Shown: piece by piece, positions 1 through 8,327 of the stretch
Numbering within the stretch: position 1 is the first letter of the stretch
Layout of the letters: every line of letters starts with the position of its first letter
Assembly (NCBI GenBank): GCA_016235265.1
Contig: JACRLI010000014.1
Span: 247,405 to 311,404, forward strand
Source: Candidatus Eiseniibacteriota bacterium
GTDB taxonomy: Bacteria > Eisenbacteria > RBG-16-71-46 > JACRLI01
DNA: 64,000 bases
Direction: 5' to 3'
The notes under the pieces: model-generated
Told to the model about the DNA's origin: nothing
The model's database searches: none
What the model saw: the letters and a program-made list of their open reading frames with translations, nothing else
Made by a program: the position numbers and the translations under genes

Positions 1-530
1 GCGGCGTCCTTCTCCGCGGGGTGCACCGAGTCCTCGAGGTCCAGGATCACGGCGTCGGCGTGGTACAGCCCGGCGTTGGCCATGAACTTGGGCTCGTTGC
101 CCGGAAGGTAGAGACGCGAGCGGCGCAGGCGGTCGCGCGCGCCCGGCCCGGGCCGCGCCACTGCGGTGGGCAGCGCACGCCTGCCGGCGCCCAGTCCCGC
201 GCGGCGTGCGGCGGCCTCCAGGCGCGCATCAATGGTCCACGGCAGCGCGCCGGCGTCGCGGAGGACCACCTTCGCGTGGGCCACACCGAGTTGCCCGAGC
301 GTGGCGGTGGCCTGCCGGCGGATGTTCTCGCCGTAGTAGACCTCCACCTTGGATCGCAGCTCGATCTCGATCCCGCCGCTCGGGCGCGGCTCGATCGTGA
401 CGTGCAGGTCGGAGCGGACCGATTCGCCCATGCGGCCGGCCTCGCCGCAGCGGACGGCCGCGCCGCCCGCGGCCGTCGGCGGATCCCGGCGAACGCGGCC
501 TGCACCCTTGCGGGTCTTCGTGGGTTTCAT
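1..530 (-). CDS. citrate lyase acyl-carrier (CitD-like) fused in frame to citrate lyase beta / citryl-CoA lyase (CitE, HpcH/HpaI aldolase family); 3' end truncated by window edge
   Basis: Hand translation of the minus strand from ATG at 528-530 (alternative ATG at 429-431). A CitD-like block (SDLHVTIEPRPSGGIEIELRSKVEVYYGENIRRQATATLGQLGVAHAKVVLRDAGALPWTIDARLEAAARRAG) runs without a stop into a CitE N-terminal signature (RRSRLYLPGNEPKFMANAGLYHADAVILDLEDSVHPAEKD). Missing from the ORF track because it has no stop inside the window. Confidence 0.6.
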   Translation of the reverse strand, partial: MKPTKTRKGAGRVRRDPPTAAGGAAVRCGEAGRMGESVRSDLHVTIEPRPSGGIEIELRSKVEVYYGENIRRQATATLGQLGVAHAKVVLRDAGALPWTIDARLEAAARRAGLGAGRRALPTAVARPGPGARDRLRRSRLYLPGNEPKFMANAGLYHADAVILDLEDSVHPAEKDA

Positions 531-570
531 GCGTCGGCCCCCTGTCCGTGAGGAGGTAGGGCAAGCACTC

Positions 571-621
571 ATGCCTGCCGGGGTACGAGCGGATCTTTGG
601 CAGGCATGAATGCCTGCCCTA
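571..621. repeat. REP-like palindromic element directly after the stop codon of the 619..1803 minus-strand gene
   Basis: ATGCCTGCC(571-579) ... GGCAGGCA(599-606)-TGAA-TGCCTGCC(611-618), followed by CTAC. Related copies are at 1854-1925 and 42365-42384. Confidence 0.6.
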
Positions 622-1803
622 CAAGTGCGCCAGGATCGCGTCGGTCAGCTGCCGGGTGGAGGCGGCGCCCTTCGTGAGCGCCTCCGCGCCTCCGGGCAGG
701 CGCATCATGTCGTAGGTGCGCACCTTGCCCTCCTTCACCACCGCCGCCACGGCGTCGCGCACCTTCTTCGCGCGGGCCTCCTCGCCCACGTGGTCGAGCA
801 TCAGCGCGGCGGAGAGGATCATGGCGATGGGGTTCACGATGGACGGATTCAGCTCCTGGTACTTGGGTGCGGAGCCATGCGTGGGCTCGAACACCGCCAC
901 CTCGTCGCCGATGTTGGCGGAGGAGGCGAAGCCCAGCCCGCCCACCAGGCCGGCGAACGCGTCGGAGACGATGTCGCCGAACAGGTTGCTGGCCACCACC
1001 ACGCCGTAGTGTTCGGGGTTCTTGGTGAGCCACATCATCATGGCGTCGATGTTGTCGGTGCTGAGCTTGATGCCGGGATACTCCGGCGCCATGCCCTTGG
1101 CCACTTCCTCGATCAGCCCCGAAGTCTCGCGCAGCACGTTGGGCTTCTCGCACACGGTCACGATCTTGTACCCGTGCCTCTTCGCGTACTCGAATGCCGC
1201 GCGCACGATGCGCTCGCTGGCCTTGCGGGTGATGCAGCGGATGGCGATGGCCAGGTCCTTGCCCGGCACGTCCTTGAACGGGGCGAACTTCTTGTGCGAG
1301 CCCAGGGCCTCGCGCACCGCGGCCGGCGGGTCGCTCCACTCCACGCCCGCGTACAGCCCCTCGGTGTTCTGGCGGAAGATCACCGCGTTCACCGGCGGCT
1401 CCTCGAAGCCGCCGCCGGCGGTCTTGCGGATGAAGTTGAGCGGGTTGCCGCCGAAGGCGATGCAGGGGCGCAGGCATATGTCGAGGTTGAACTTCTGCCG
1501 CATGCCCACGATGGGGCTGAAGTAGGTGAGGCCCTTGCCCTGCAGTTCGGGCTTCAGCTCCGCCTCCGAGGCCTTCCTGGGCTTCGAGGTGATGGCTCCG
1601 AACAGCCCCAGCCGGTGCTTCTTCAGCAGCTCGATGGTGCGTTCCGGGAGCGCGTTGCCCTCGTTCACCCAGCAGTCCCAGCCGATGTCCGCGTGGACGT
1701 ACTCGGCGTCGAATCCGACCTTCTGCAGCACCCGCACCGCCTCGGGCAGCACCGTCTTGCCGATGCCGTCCCCGGGCATGGTGACCACCGTGTGACGCGC
1801 CAT
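619..1803 (-). CDS. isocitrate / 3-isopropylmalate / homoisocitrate dehydrogenase family protein (NAD(P)-dependent beta-hydroxyacid oxidative decarboxylase)
   Basis: 394-aa ORF starting MARHTVVTMPGDGIGKTVLPEAV, then NLFGDIVSDAFAGLVGGLGFASSANIGDEVAVFEPTHGSAPKY: the canonical IDH/IMDH fold motifs. Same strand as the adjacent aconitase-family gene. Confidence 0.85.
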   Translation of the reverse strand: MARHTVVTMPGDGIGKTVLPEAVRVLQKVGFDAEYVHADIGWDCWVNEGNALPERTIELLKKHRLGLFGAITSKPRKASEAELKPELQGKGLTYFSPIVGMRQKFNLDICLRPCIAFGGNPLNFIRKTAGGGFEEPPVNAVIFRQNTEGLYAGVEWSDPPAAVREALGSHKKFAPFKDVPGKDLAIAIRCITRKASERIVRAAFEYAKRHGYKIVTVCEKPNVLRETSGLIEEVAKGMAPEYPGIKLSTDNIDAMMMWLTKNPEHYGVVVASNLFGDIVSDAFAGLVGGLGFASSANIGDEVAVFEPTHGSAPKYQELNPSIVNPIAMILSAALMLDHVGEEARAKKVRDAVAAVVKEGKVRTYDMMRLPGGAEALTKGAASTRQLTDAILAHL

Positions 1804-1853
1804 CTCCTCATCCTCCCCGCATGGGGCGGGCTCGCGTGCCCGCCGGCGACTTT

Positions 1854-1925
1854 GCAGGCAGGTCAGGCGTGCATGCCTGGCCTGCGGCTCGATCCTGAAC
1901 TCCCGCCAGGCTTGAATGCCTGACC
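1854..1925. repeat. REP-like palindromic element pair in the 121-bp spacer between the fused leuCD-like stop and the dehydrogenase start
   Basis: GCAGGCAGGTCAGGC..GCATGCCTGGCCTGC imperfect inverted repeat, plus CAGGC(1907-1911)-TTGAAT-GCCTG(1918-1922). Shares the ATGCCTG(G/C)CC and GAATGCCTG(A/C)CCTAC cores with the 571-621 element. Confidence 0.5.
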
Positions 1926-3868
1926 TACTTCATCTTGCTCCGGACCAGGTTCTCCACGCCGCCGGCCACCACCAGCCCCTGCGGCACGCTGCCCAGCGGC
2001 GGGAACCGGAAGGGCCTGCCGCGCCAGGTGATCACGCCGGTCTTGAAGTCGATGTCCAGCGGATCGCCGGGTATCAGCGTCTTCTGTTTCGCGGCGATCC
2101 CGGCCTGGAAGGCTTCCTTCAGGGTGCGCACCAGTTCCGGGGTCTCCACGCACAGGAAGCCGTTGTTGAACGCGTTGCGCAGGTAGGTCTGCGAGAAGCT
2201 GCCCGCGATCACCAGCGGGATGTCCTTCGCCTGCAGCGCGGTCACGGCCTGCTCGCGGCTGGAGCCGGTGCCGAAGTTGAACCCGCCCACCAGGATGTCG
2301 CCCGCGCGCGCGTTCCTGGCGAAGTCGGGGTCGTAGTTCTGCATCACGACCTCGGCCATCATTTCGCGGGTCATGTCCTCGCGGTAGGTGTAGTCCTTCC
2401 CGTAGATGCCGTCGGTGTTGAGGTTGTCCTGCGGGGCGAAGACCAGCCGGCCGGAGAGCTTCTCCGGGAAGCCGGGCAGGATCTCCACGGCCTCGGCCGT
2501 GCCGGAGGCCGGCGCGGCCAGTGCCTCGTAGCGGCGGGTGAGGGCCCGGCGCGGCGCGTCGGCGGCGCCGGTGATGAACCCGGCGGCCGCGGAGGCGGCC
2601 ACCACCTCGGGGCTGGCCAGGTAGCACTGGGCGTCGCGCGAGCCCATGCGGCCCTTGAAATTCCGGTTGGTGGCGGAAATTCCCACCTCGCCGGCCTCCA
2701 GCAGGCCGGTGCCCAGGCCGATGCACGGTCCGCAGCTCGCCGGCAGCGCGGTGGCCCCGGCCTCCATCAGCGTGCCCCACGCGCCGCTCTTCTCGGCGGC
2801 CGCCTGCACCTCGGCGCTGGCGGCGGCCACGTAGAACTTCACGCCCGCGGCCACCTTCTTCCCGCGGATCACCTTCGCCGCGGCCTCCAGGTCCGAGAGG
2901 CGCGAGTTGGTGCACGAGATCAGGTAGGCCTTGTGGATCGCCACCTTCTTCGGCGCCACGTCGGCCAGCGCCGCCATCACCTGCACCGTGTCGGGCCCGG
3001 AGACGTGCGGCGTGACCTCGGCCAGGTCCAGCGTGATGCGCGCGGCGTAGGCGGCATCCGCGTCGGCGGCCGGCGGGTTGCGCTTCCACCCGGCGATGTC
3101 CGCCGCGGTGAACCGCTCCACCCCCTGCGCCTTGAGCAGCGCGTGGCGGCCTTCCAGGTACGCGATCGTGGTGGCGTCCACCGGGAACACCCCGGCCAGC
3201 GCGCCCCACTCGGTGCTCATGTTGGCGATGGCCAGGCGCTCGTCCATGGAGAGGCTGGCCACGCCCGGGCCGGCGAACTCCACCACCGCGTTGAGCACCT
3301 CCTCGCGGTTGTACAGGCCGCACAGCGTGATGATCACGTCCTTGCCGGCCACGCCCGGCGGCAGCTTCCCTTCGAGGCGCACCTGCACCGTGCGCGGGAT
3401 CTGCCACCAGAACTCCCCGGTGGCCCACACCGCGGCGGCGTCGGTGCGCACCACCGGCGTGCCCAGCGCGCCCAGCGCGCCGTAGGTGTTGGAGTGCGAG
3501 TCGGATGCCACCACCAGCGCGCCCGGCACGGCGTAGCCCTTTTCCACGATGAGCTGGTGGCCGATGCCGGTGCCCGCGGGGTAGAAGTCCACCCCGTGCT
3601 CCTTCGCGAAGGCCTCGATGGAGCGGTACTTCCTGAGATTGTCCTCGGCGGTGTTCTGGATGTCGTGGTCCAGCGCGAACACCGGCTGTCTCGCGTCCCG
3701 GATGCGAGGCGCGCCGATGCTCTTGAACTTCTTCATCACCGCCGACGTGTTGTCGTGGGTCATGATGTGCCGCGGGCGCAGCGACACGAAGTCGCCCGCG
3801 CGCAGCGGCCGGTCCGGACCTTCCGCCAGGTGGGCCTGGCAGATCTTCTCGGCGAATGTCTGGCCCAT
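1925..3868 (-). CDS. aconitase-family dehydratase, fused large (LeuC-like) and small (LeuD-like) subunits (3-isopropylmalate dehydratase / homoaconitase type)
   Basis: Real start is MGQTFAEKICQAHL at 3868. The 1077-aa ORF 1925..5158 carries a spurious N-terminal extension that overlaps the PrpD gene in another frame. LeuC motifs: HIMTHDNTSA, ASDSHSNTYGALGA, CTNSRLSDL, CGPCIG. C-terminal LeuD-like part: FAPQDNLNTDGIYGKDYT, GGFNFGTGSSREQA. Confidence 0.85.
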   Translation of the reverse strand: MGQTFAEKICQAHLAEGPDRPLRAGDFVSLRPRHIMTHDNTSAVMKKFKSIGAPRIRDARQPVFALDHDIQNTAEDNLRKYRSIEAFAKEHGVDFYPAGTGIGHQLIVEKGYAVPGALVVASDSHSNTYGALGALGTPVVRTDAAAVWATGEFWWQIPRTVQVRLEGKLPPGVAGKDVIITLCGLYNREEVLNAVVEFAGPGVASLSMDERLAIANMSTEWGALAGVFPVDATTIAYLEGRHALLKAQGVERFTAADIAGWKRNPPAADADAAYAARITLDLAEVTPHVSGPDTVQVMAALADVAPKKVAIHKAYLISCTNSRLSDLEAAAKVIRGKKVAAGVKFYVAAASAEVQAAAEKSGAWGTLMEAGATALPASCGPCIGLGTGLLEAGEVGISATNRNFKGRMGSRDAQCYLASPEVVAASAAAGFITGAADAPRRALTRRYEALAAPASGTAEAVEILPGFPEKLSGRLVFAPQDNLNTDGIYGKDYTYREDMTREMMAEVVMQNYDPDFARNARAGDILVGGFNFGTGSSREQAVTALQAKDIPLVIAGSFSQTYLRNAFNNGFLCVETPELVRTLKEAFQAGIAAKQKTLIPGDPLDIDFKTGVITWRGRPFRFPPLGSVPQGLVVAGGVENLVRSKMK

Positions 3869-3894
3869 GTCCTCGCCACCCCTCCCGCGCCGGC

Positions 3895-5298
3895 CTACCG
3901 GTCGGCCTTCATCAGGGCCATCAGCTCGGCGACGGAACCGCACTTCTCCAGGCTCCAGATGGCGTCCTTGAGCTTTCTGCGCGCGCCGTCGGTCATCACC
4001 GGCCCGGCCAGCGCGTCGAACTTCTCCTCGATCTCGGAGTCGGTGAGCGGGTTGCGCGGATCGCCCTTGGGATAGTCGAGCTGGCGCGTGTACTGCTTCC
4101 CGTCGGTGGTGTGGATGGTCACGATCACCCGCTGCAGCTTCGGGAACAGCTTCTCCACCTCGGGATCGGCCACCACTTCCACCTTCTTCAGCTGCGCGCG
4201 GATCACCGGGTCCATGATCTTGGCGTCCGTGAACTGGAGCGGCGTCACCTGGCGCTCCGCCACCGCCGCGGCGATGACGTAGGGCAGCGAGTGGTCGGCG
4301 GTCTCCTTGTTGCGCGGGTCGTACTTGCTGGGATCGCTCAGGATGTCGGCCGCGCGCGCCAGGGAGCGGATGTGCACCTTCGCCACCTGCTCGGGCTTCA
4401 GGTCGTGCTCCTTGACGATCTCCAGCGTGGCGGAGATGGGCGCGTGCGTGAGCGCCTCGGTGGGGAAGGCCTTCATGCCGCAGCGCGGGATCCGCCAGTC
4501 GGTGCCCAGTCCGTCGGTGAGCACCTCCAGCTTCCACTCGTGCCCGAACACCTTGACCAGCCCCTCCTTGCCGTCGATCACGTGCTCGGGGCCGGTGTAG
4601 CCGCGCTCGGCCAGCAGCGCCGCGAACACGCCCTGCTGCGTGGCCATGGGGTCCACGGTGTTCTTCATCATGGTCAGCTTGCCGGCGGTGACCGCTCCCA
4701 GCGAGCAGCAGTGGCAGCCGGAGATGCCGATGGCGTGCTGGATCTTCTCCCACGGGAGCCGGATGGCGCGGCCCGCGACGATGGGGGAGACGAACCCGGT
4801 CAGCGTGGCGTGGTGCCAGCCGTACTCGCGCACGCCGGGCACGCCCGCCTCGCACAGGCGCATCTCGAACTCGTGGCCCAGCACGATGCCCACGATCAGC
4901 TCGCGGCCGTCGCTCTTCGCGCGCTCGCAGCCGGCGATGGCGGCGGGGATGATGTCGGTGGGGTGGGAGGGGTCGGCCTGCCAGTAGATGTCGTTGTAGT
5001 CCATCACGCGGATCATGAGCGCGTTGGCGAGCGCGGCGCTCACCGGGTCCACCCGCTGGCCGGTGCCGATGACGGTGGCCGGGCCGGTGCCCGCGAGCTC
5101 GCCCAGCGTCTCGAGCGCGATCTTCGTGTCGTCCTGGCGGTAGCCGCCCAGGGCGCACCCCGCGGAATCCAGCAGGTAGCGCTTGGCCTGGTACACCGAC
5201 TCCTGCGGGATGTGGGCGAACTCCAGGCCGGCGGCCCAGCGGGCCATGACGGCGGTGATGGTCTCCTTCTTGGCGGCGGCTTCCGTGGTGGCGCTCAT
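3895..5298 (-). CDS. MmgE/PrpD family protein (2-methylcitrate dehydratase / cis-aconitate decarboxylase-like)
   Basis: 467-aa ORF whose N- and C-terminal domains both look PrpD-like (e.g. RYLLDSAGCALGG, MDYNDIYWQADPSHPTD, GISGCHCCSLGA). A Shine-Dalgarno-like spacer precedes it. Confidence 0.8.
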   Translation of the reverse strand: MSATTEAAAKKETITAVMARWAAGLEFAHIPQESVYQAKRYLLDSAGCALGGYRQDDTKIALETLGELAGTGPATVIGTGQRVDPVSAALANALMIRVMDYNDIYWQADPSHPTDIIPAAIAGCERAKSDGRELIVGIVLGHEFEMRLCEAGVPGVREYGWHHATLTGFVSPIVAGRAIRLPWEKIQHAIGISGCHCCSLGAVTAGKLTMMKNTVDPMATQQGVFAALLAERGYTGPEHVIDGKEGLVKVFGHEWKLEVLTDGLGTDWRIPRCGMKAFPTEALTHAPISATLEIVKEHDLKPEQVAKVHIRSLARAADILSDPSKYDPRNKETADHSLPYVIAAAVAERQVTPLQFTDAKIMDPVIRAQLKKVEVVADPEVEKLFPKLQRVIVTIHTTDGKQYTRQLDYPKGDPRNPLTDSEIEEKFDALAGPVMTDGARRKLKDAIWSLEKCGSVAELMALMKADR

Positions 5299-5308
5299 CG
5301 TCTCCTCG

Positions 5309-5860
5309 TCATTTCTTCAGGTTCCTGGGGTCCTTGAAGGGCAGAAAGCTCATGAAGTCGGCATGGTGCACGATGAAGCCCTCGGTGCTGCGCTTCACCA
5401 GGTCGCCCTCGCCGGCGTGCGTGGCGATGATGTGGCACACCGCGTCGGGCACGCCGCACATCATGGCCACGCCCACGCCGGTGAAGGGGTGCCGCACGAA
5501 CTCGCCGCGCTCGCTCTGCTTCGCCTTGCCGTTCACCACCTCGTACTCCATCACCTTGCCCACGTCGGCCAGGATGGCCCCGGCGATCACCGTGTCCATG
5601 TCGATCTTCAGGGCGCGGCCCAGGAACTCCTGCATCGCTTCCGCGGACTTGCGCGCGATGTGCACCACGCAGCGCTTGTGCTCCATGAAGGTGACCGGGC
5701 AGTTCGGGACCAGCAGGGTGAACGGAATCGCGTGCAGGTCGGCGGGCTTGAGGGGACTGAACTCGAAGGCCTTGATCCAGGTCTGCAGGGTCTTCTCCCG
5801 GAGCTGGTGGTCCTGGATCCAATCCAGCTCCGGCCACAGCAGGGCGACTGCGTCTCTCAC
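5309..5860 (-). CDS. HD-domain phosphohydrolase (HDIG-like)
   Basis: C-terminal part of ORF 5309..6097 (HIIATHAGEGDL, FIVHHADFMSF). The proposed start is GTG at 5860, preceded by GGGAGG 9 nt upstream. The 75-aa N-terminal extension in the ORF track is low-complexity and runs into the promoter region. Confidence 0.65.
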   Translation of the reverse strand: MRDAVALLWPELDWIQDHQLREKTLQTWIKAFEFSPLKPADLHAIPFTLLVPNCPVTFMEHKRCVVHIARKSAEAMQEFLGRALKIDMDTVIAGAILADVGKVMEYEVVNGKAKQSERGEFVRHPFTGVGVAMMCGVPDAVCHIIATHAGEGDLVKRSTEGFIVHHADFMSFLPFKDPRNLKK

Positions 5861-6075
5861 GGCGGCGATCCTCCCGTTGCGGGGCGCATGGCCCCGACAT
5901 CCCACAACCCCCCGTACACTAATATTCTGCGGCCCTCTTGTCGACCCCCTGCAGGTGCGATACTGAATTTTCTTCTCTATTTTGCGCGTATCCCGGATTT
6001 TGGTCCCCGGCCTGTCCGGCTGGTCCCCTGGTCCAAACCCCTGAAACTTCGGTCCCACACCCCTCGTAGAGCTTG

Positions 6076-6104
6076 TTGACAAAGTGACCTCAGTCATTTA
6101 TGAT
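6076..6104 (+). promoter_or_regulatory. sigma70-type promoter for tetR and the efflux operon
   Basis: TTGACA (6076-6081), 17 nt, TATGAT (6099-6104): perfect -35 and a near-perfect -10. It lies in a locally AT-richer divergent intergenic region, and a TGAC..GTCA inverted repeat sits in the spacer. Confidence 0.7.
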
Positions 6105-6134
6105 CCAACTCGAAATATGACCATGGTCCATAGT

Positions 6135-6147
6135 TGAACTTAGTTCA
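6135..6147. promoter_or_regulatory. candidate TetR operator (perfect palindrome TGAACT-T-AGTTCA)
   Basis: A 6-1-6 perfect inverted repeat between the -10 element and the GTG start of the TetR gene at 6159. Confidence 0.55.
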
Positions 6148-6158
6148 GGAGCACTACC

Positions 6159-6773
6159 GTGACGATTCCAGACGTTTCCCGGCGCGAGCGCAAGAAGGAC
6201 GAAACCCGCCAGCGCATCTTCAGGGCCGCCGTGGACCTCTTCCGCGAGAAGGGCTTCGAGGCCACCACCATCGACGACATCACCGAGCGTTCCGACGTGG
6301 CCAAGGGCACTTTCTTCAACTACTTCCCCCGGAAGGACTCCGTCCTGGGCTACTTCTCCGACCGGCAGCTGGAGGAGGTGGAGGCCAACCTGGGTGCGGT
6401 GCTGGCCGGGGACCTGCCGGTGCGCGAGAAGCTGCACCGCATCTACGGCACCGCGGCGGCGGCGTACAGCGAGGACCGCGAGCTGTCGCGTTTCATCCTC
6501 GTGGAGCTGATGTCGCGGGCATTCTCACCGGCCGAGGAGTCGGCGATGCGCTGGCACGACATGACCGCGCAGATCCTCACCCGGGGCATCGAAGCCGGCG
6601 AGATGCGCTCCGACATGGATCCGCTGCGCGCGGAAGCGGTGCTCACCGGGGTGTACTTCGCGACGGTCTATACCTGGGCATGCGGACCGGATGTGTGCCC
6701 CTCGCAGAGTCCGTCGCTGCTGGAGGAACTGCGGCAGCGGCTGGACCTGGTGTTCGACGGACTGGCGGTCTGA
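6159..6773 (+). CDS. TetR/AcrR family transcriptional regulator
   Basis: RRERKKDETRQRIFRAAVDLFREKGFEATTIDDITERSDVAKGTFFNYFPRKD is a TetR N-terminal HTH. GTG start, and the gene is divergent from the minus-strand cluster. Confidence 0.9.
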   Translation: MTIPDVSRRERKKDETRQRIFRAAVDLFREKGFEATTIDDITERSDVAKGTFFNYFPRKDSVLGYFSDRQLEEVEANLGAVLAGDLPVREKLHRIYGTAAAAYSEDRELSRFILVELMSRAFSPAEESAMRWHDMTAQILTRGIEAGEMRSDMDPLRAEAVLTGVYFATVYTWACGPDVCPSQSPSLLEELRQRLDLVFDGLAV

Positions 6774-6789
6774 GGAGGAGGTGGGGAGC

Positions 6790-8325
6790 ATGAGGCGTTC
6801 GAGTCTTCCGGTTCTGGCCGCGGTGATCTTCGCGCTGACGGCTCTATCGCCTGCCGCAAATGCGGACTTGGCTTCTTCGCGTGCCGCGAACGCAGCCGCG
6901 GCACAGGCTGCGCCTGTTGCCGCGCCCGCGTTCGCGGCCGGGGGCTCCGCATTCGCGGCTGGGGCGACCGCCCCAACGCCCGGCACGCCGGCCGGATCCG
7001 CCGGTGCGCTCCGCCTCACGCTGGAGGAGGCTGTGCGGCGGGCGCTGGAGCAGGGCGAGGAGATGCGGGCCGCCCGGGCGCGGGTGCGCGAGGCCGGCGG
7101 CCGGGTGCGGGAGGCGGCCTCGGGGGCGTTTCCGCAGCTCACCGGCTCGCTGACCTACACGCGCCAGCTGCAGTCCATCTACGCGGACGCCGGGGCCGAC
7201 ACCGGAATCACCAACTTGTTCAAGAACTCGCCCTTCGGCGCCGCCAACAGCTGGAATGCCGAGTTGCACGCCGAACAGCTGTTGTTTGCCGGCGGCAAGG
7301 TGGGCGCGGGCATCAAGGCGGCGCGGTCCTACCGGCACGCCGCCCGCGAGAACGAGCGGGAGTCCGCCTCGGAAGTCACGTTCCAGGTGAAGCGCGCCTA
7401 CCTGGACGCCGCCCTGGCGCGCCGGGTGCTGGCGATCGCCGAGGGCGGGCTGACGCTGGCGCGCGAGCAGCTGAAGCAGGTGCGCATGTTCCGCAAGCAG
7501 GGCACGCGCTCCGAGTACGACCTGCTGCGCGCCCAGGTGGACGCGGCCAACCAGGAGCCGCCCGTGGTGAGCGCGCGCAACACCTTCGACCTGGCGCTGC
7601 TGGAGTTGAAGCGGCTGACCAACGTGCCCGCGGCGCAGCCGCTGGAGCTGACCACCGCGCTGGAGCCCGACAGCGCCTCCGTCCCGGTGCCTGCCCCGGA
7701 CAGCCTGGGCTTCGAGACCCGGCCCGCGCTGGTGGCCGCCGGGGAGAACGTGACGGTGCAGGAGCAGGCGGTGCGCGCGGCGATCGCCGGCCGCTGGCCG
7801 GAGCTCTCGGCCTCGGCGACGCTGTCGAACCTGGCGTTCCCGCAGTCGGTGGCGCCCTCCTCGACCGGGGACTTCAAGCGCAACTGGAGCGCCAGCGTGA
7901 AGCTGAGCTTCCCGCTGTTCCTGGGCTTCCGCACCGAGGGCGCGGCGGAGCGCGCGCGGGCGCAGGTGCAGGAGGCGGAGGCCGAGCGCGACCGGCTGCG
8001 CGAGAGCGTGCGCATCGAGGTGGAGCAGGCGCGGCTGGAGCTGGAGCACGCACGCAGCGCGCTGGCGGCCCGCCGCGAGGCGGTGCGCTGGGCGCGCCGG
8101 GCGCACGAATTGGCCGGCATCCGCTACGGGAGCGGCATGGCCACCCAACTGGATGTTTCCGACGCGCGGCTGCAGATGCAGACCGCGCAGATGCAGCAGG
8201 TGCAGGTGACGCGGGATTACCTGGTGGCGCTGGCGCAACTGGAACGCGCGCTGGGCCGTCCCGTGGCCGTGGTGTGGAGATCCCTGGAGTCCCTTGAGGA
8301 CAAGACCGGCGAGGAAGGGCAGTAG
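6790..8325 (+). CDS. TolC-family outer membrane efflux channel
   Basis: Real start is MRRSSLPVLAAVIFALTALSPAANA (signal peptide); ORF 6691..8325 has an upstream extension overlapping tetR. Two repeated coiled-coil/barrel halves of similar length, consistent with the OEP/TolC architecture. Confidence 0.85.
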   Translation: MRRSSLPVLAAVIFALTALSPAANADLASSRAANAAAAQAAPVAAPAFAAGGSAFAAGATAPTPGTPAGSAGALRLTLEEAVRRALEQGEEMRAARARVREAGGRVREAASGAFPQLTGSLTYTRQLQSIYADAGADTGITNLFKNSPFGAANSWNAELHAEQLLFAGGKVGAGIKAARSYRHAARENERESASEVTFQVKRAYLDAALARRVLAIAEGGLTLAREQLKQVRMFRKQGTRSEYDLLRAQVDAANQEPPVVSARNTFDLALLELKRLTNVPAAQPLELTTALEPDSASVPVPAPDSLGFETRPALVAAGENVTVQEQAVRAAIAGRWPELSASATLSNLAFPQSVAPSSTGDFKRNWSASVKLSFPLFLGFRTEGAAERARAQVQEAEAERDRLRESVRIEVEQARLELEHARSALAARREAVRWARRAHELAGIRYGSGMATQLDVSDARLQMQTAQMQQVQVTRDYLVALAQLERALGRPVAVVWRSLESLEDKTGEEGQ

Positions 8326-8327
8326 CG

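Noticed and set aside
206-609. Plus-strand ORFs 21..551, 206..400 and 349..609 at the window start
   Set aside because: They are antisense to the CitD-CitE fusion, which has clear family motifs on the minus strand. Their own translations are Arg/Gly/Ala-rich junk.
1925-5158. 1077-aa ORF as a giant aconitase-family protein
   Set aside because: The first roughly 430 codons are an out-of-frame overlap of the PrpD-family gene. The recognisable protein begins at MGQTFAEKI (3868).
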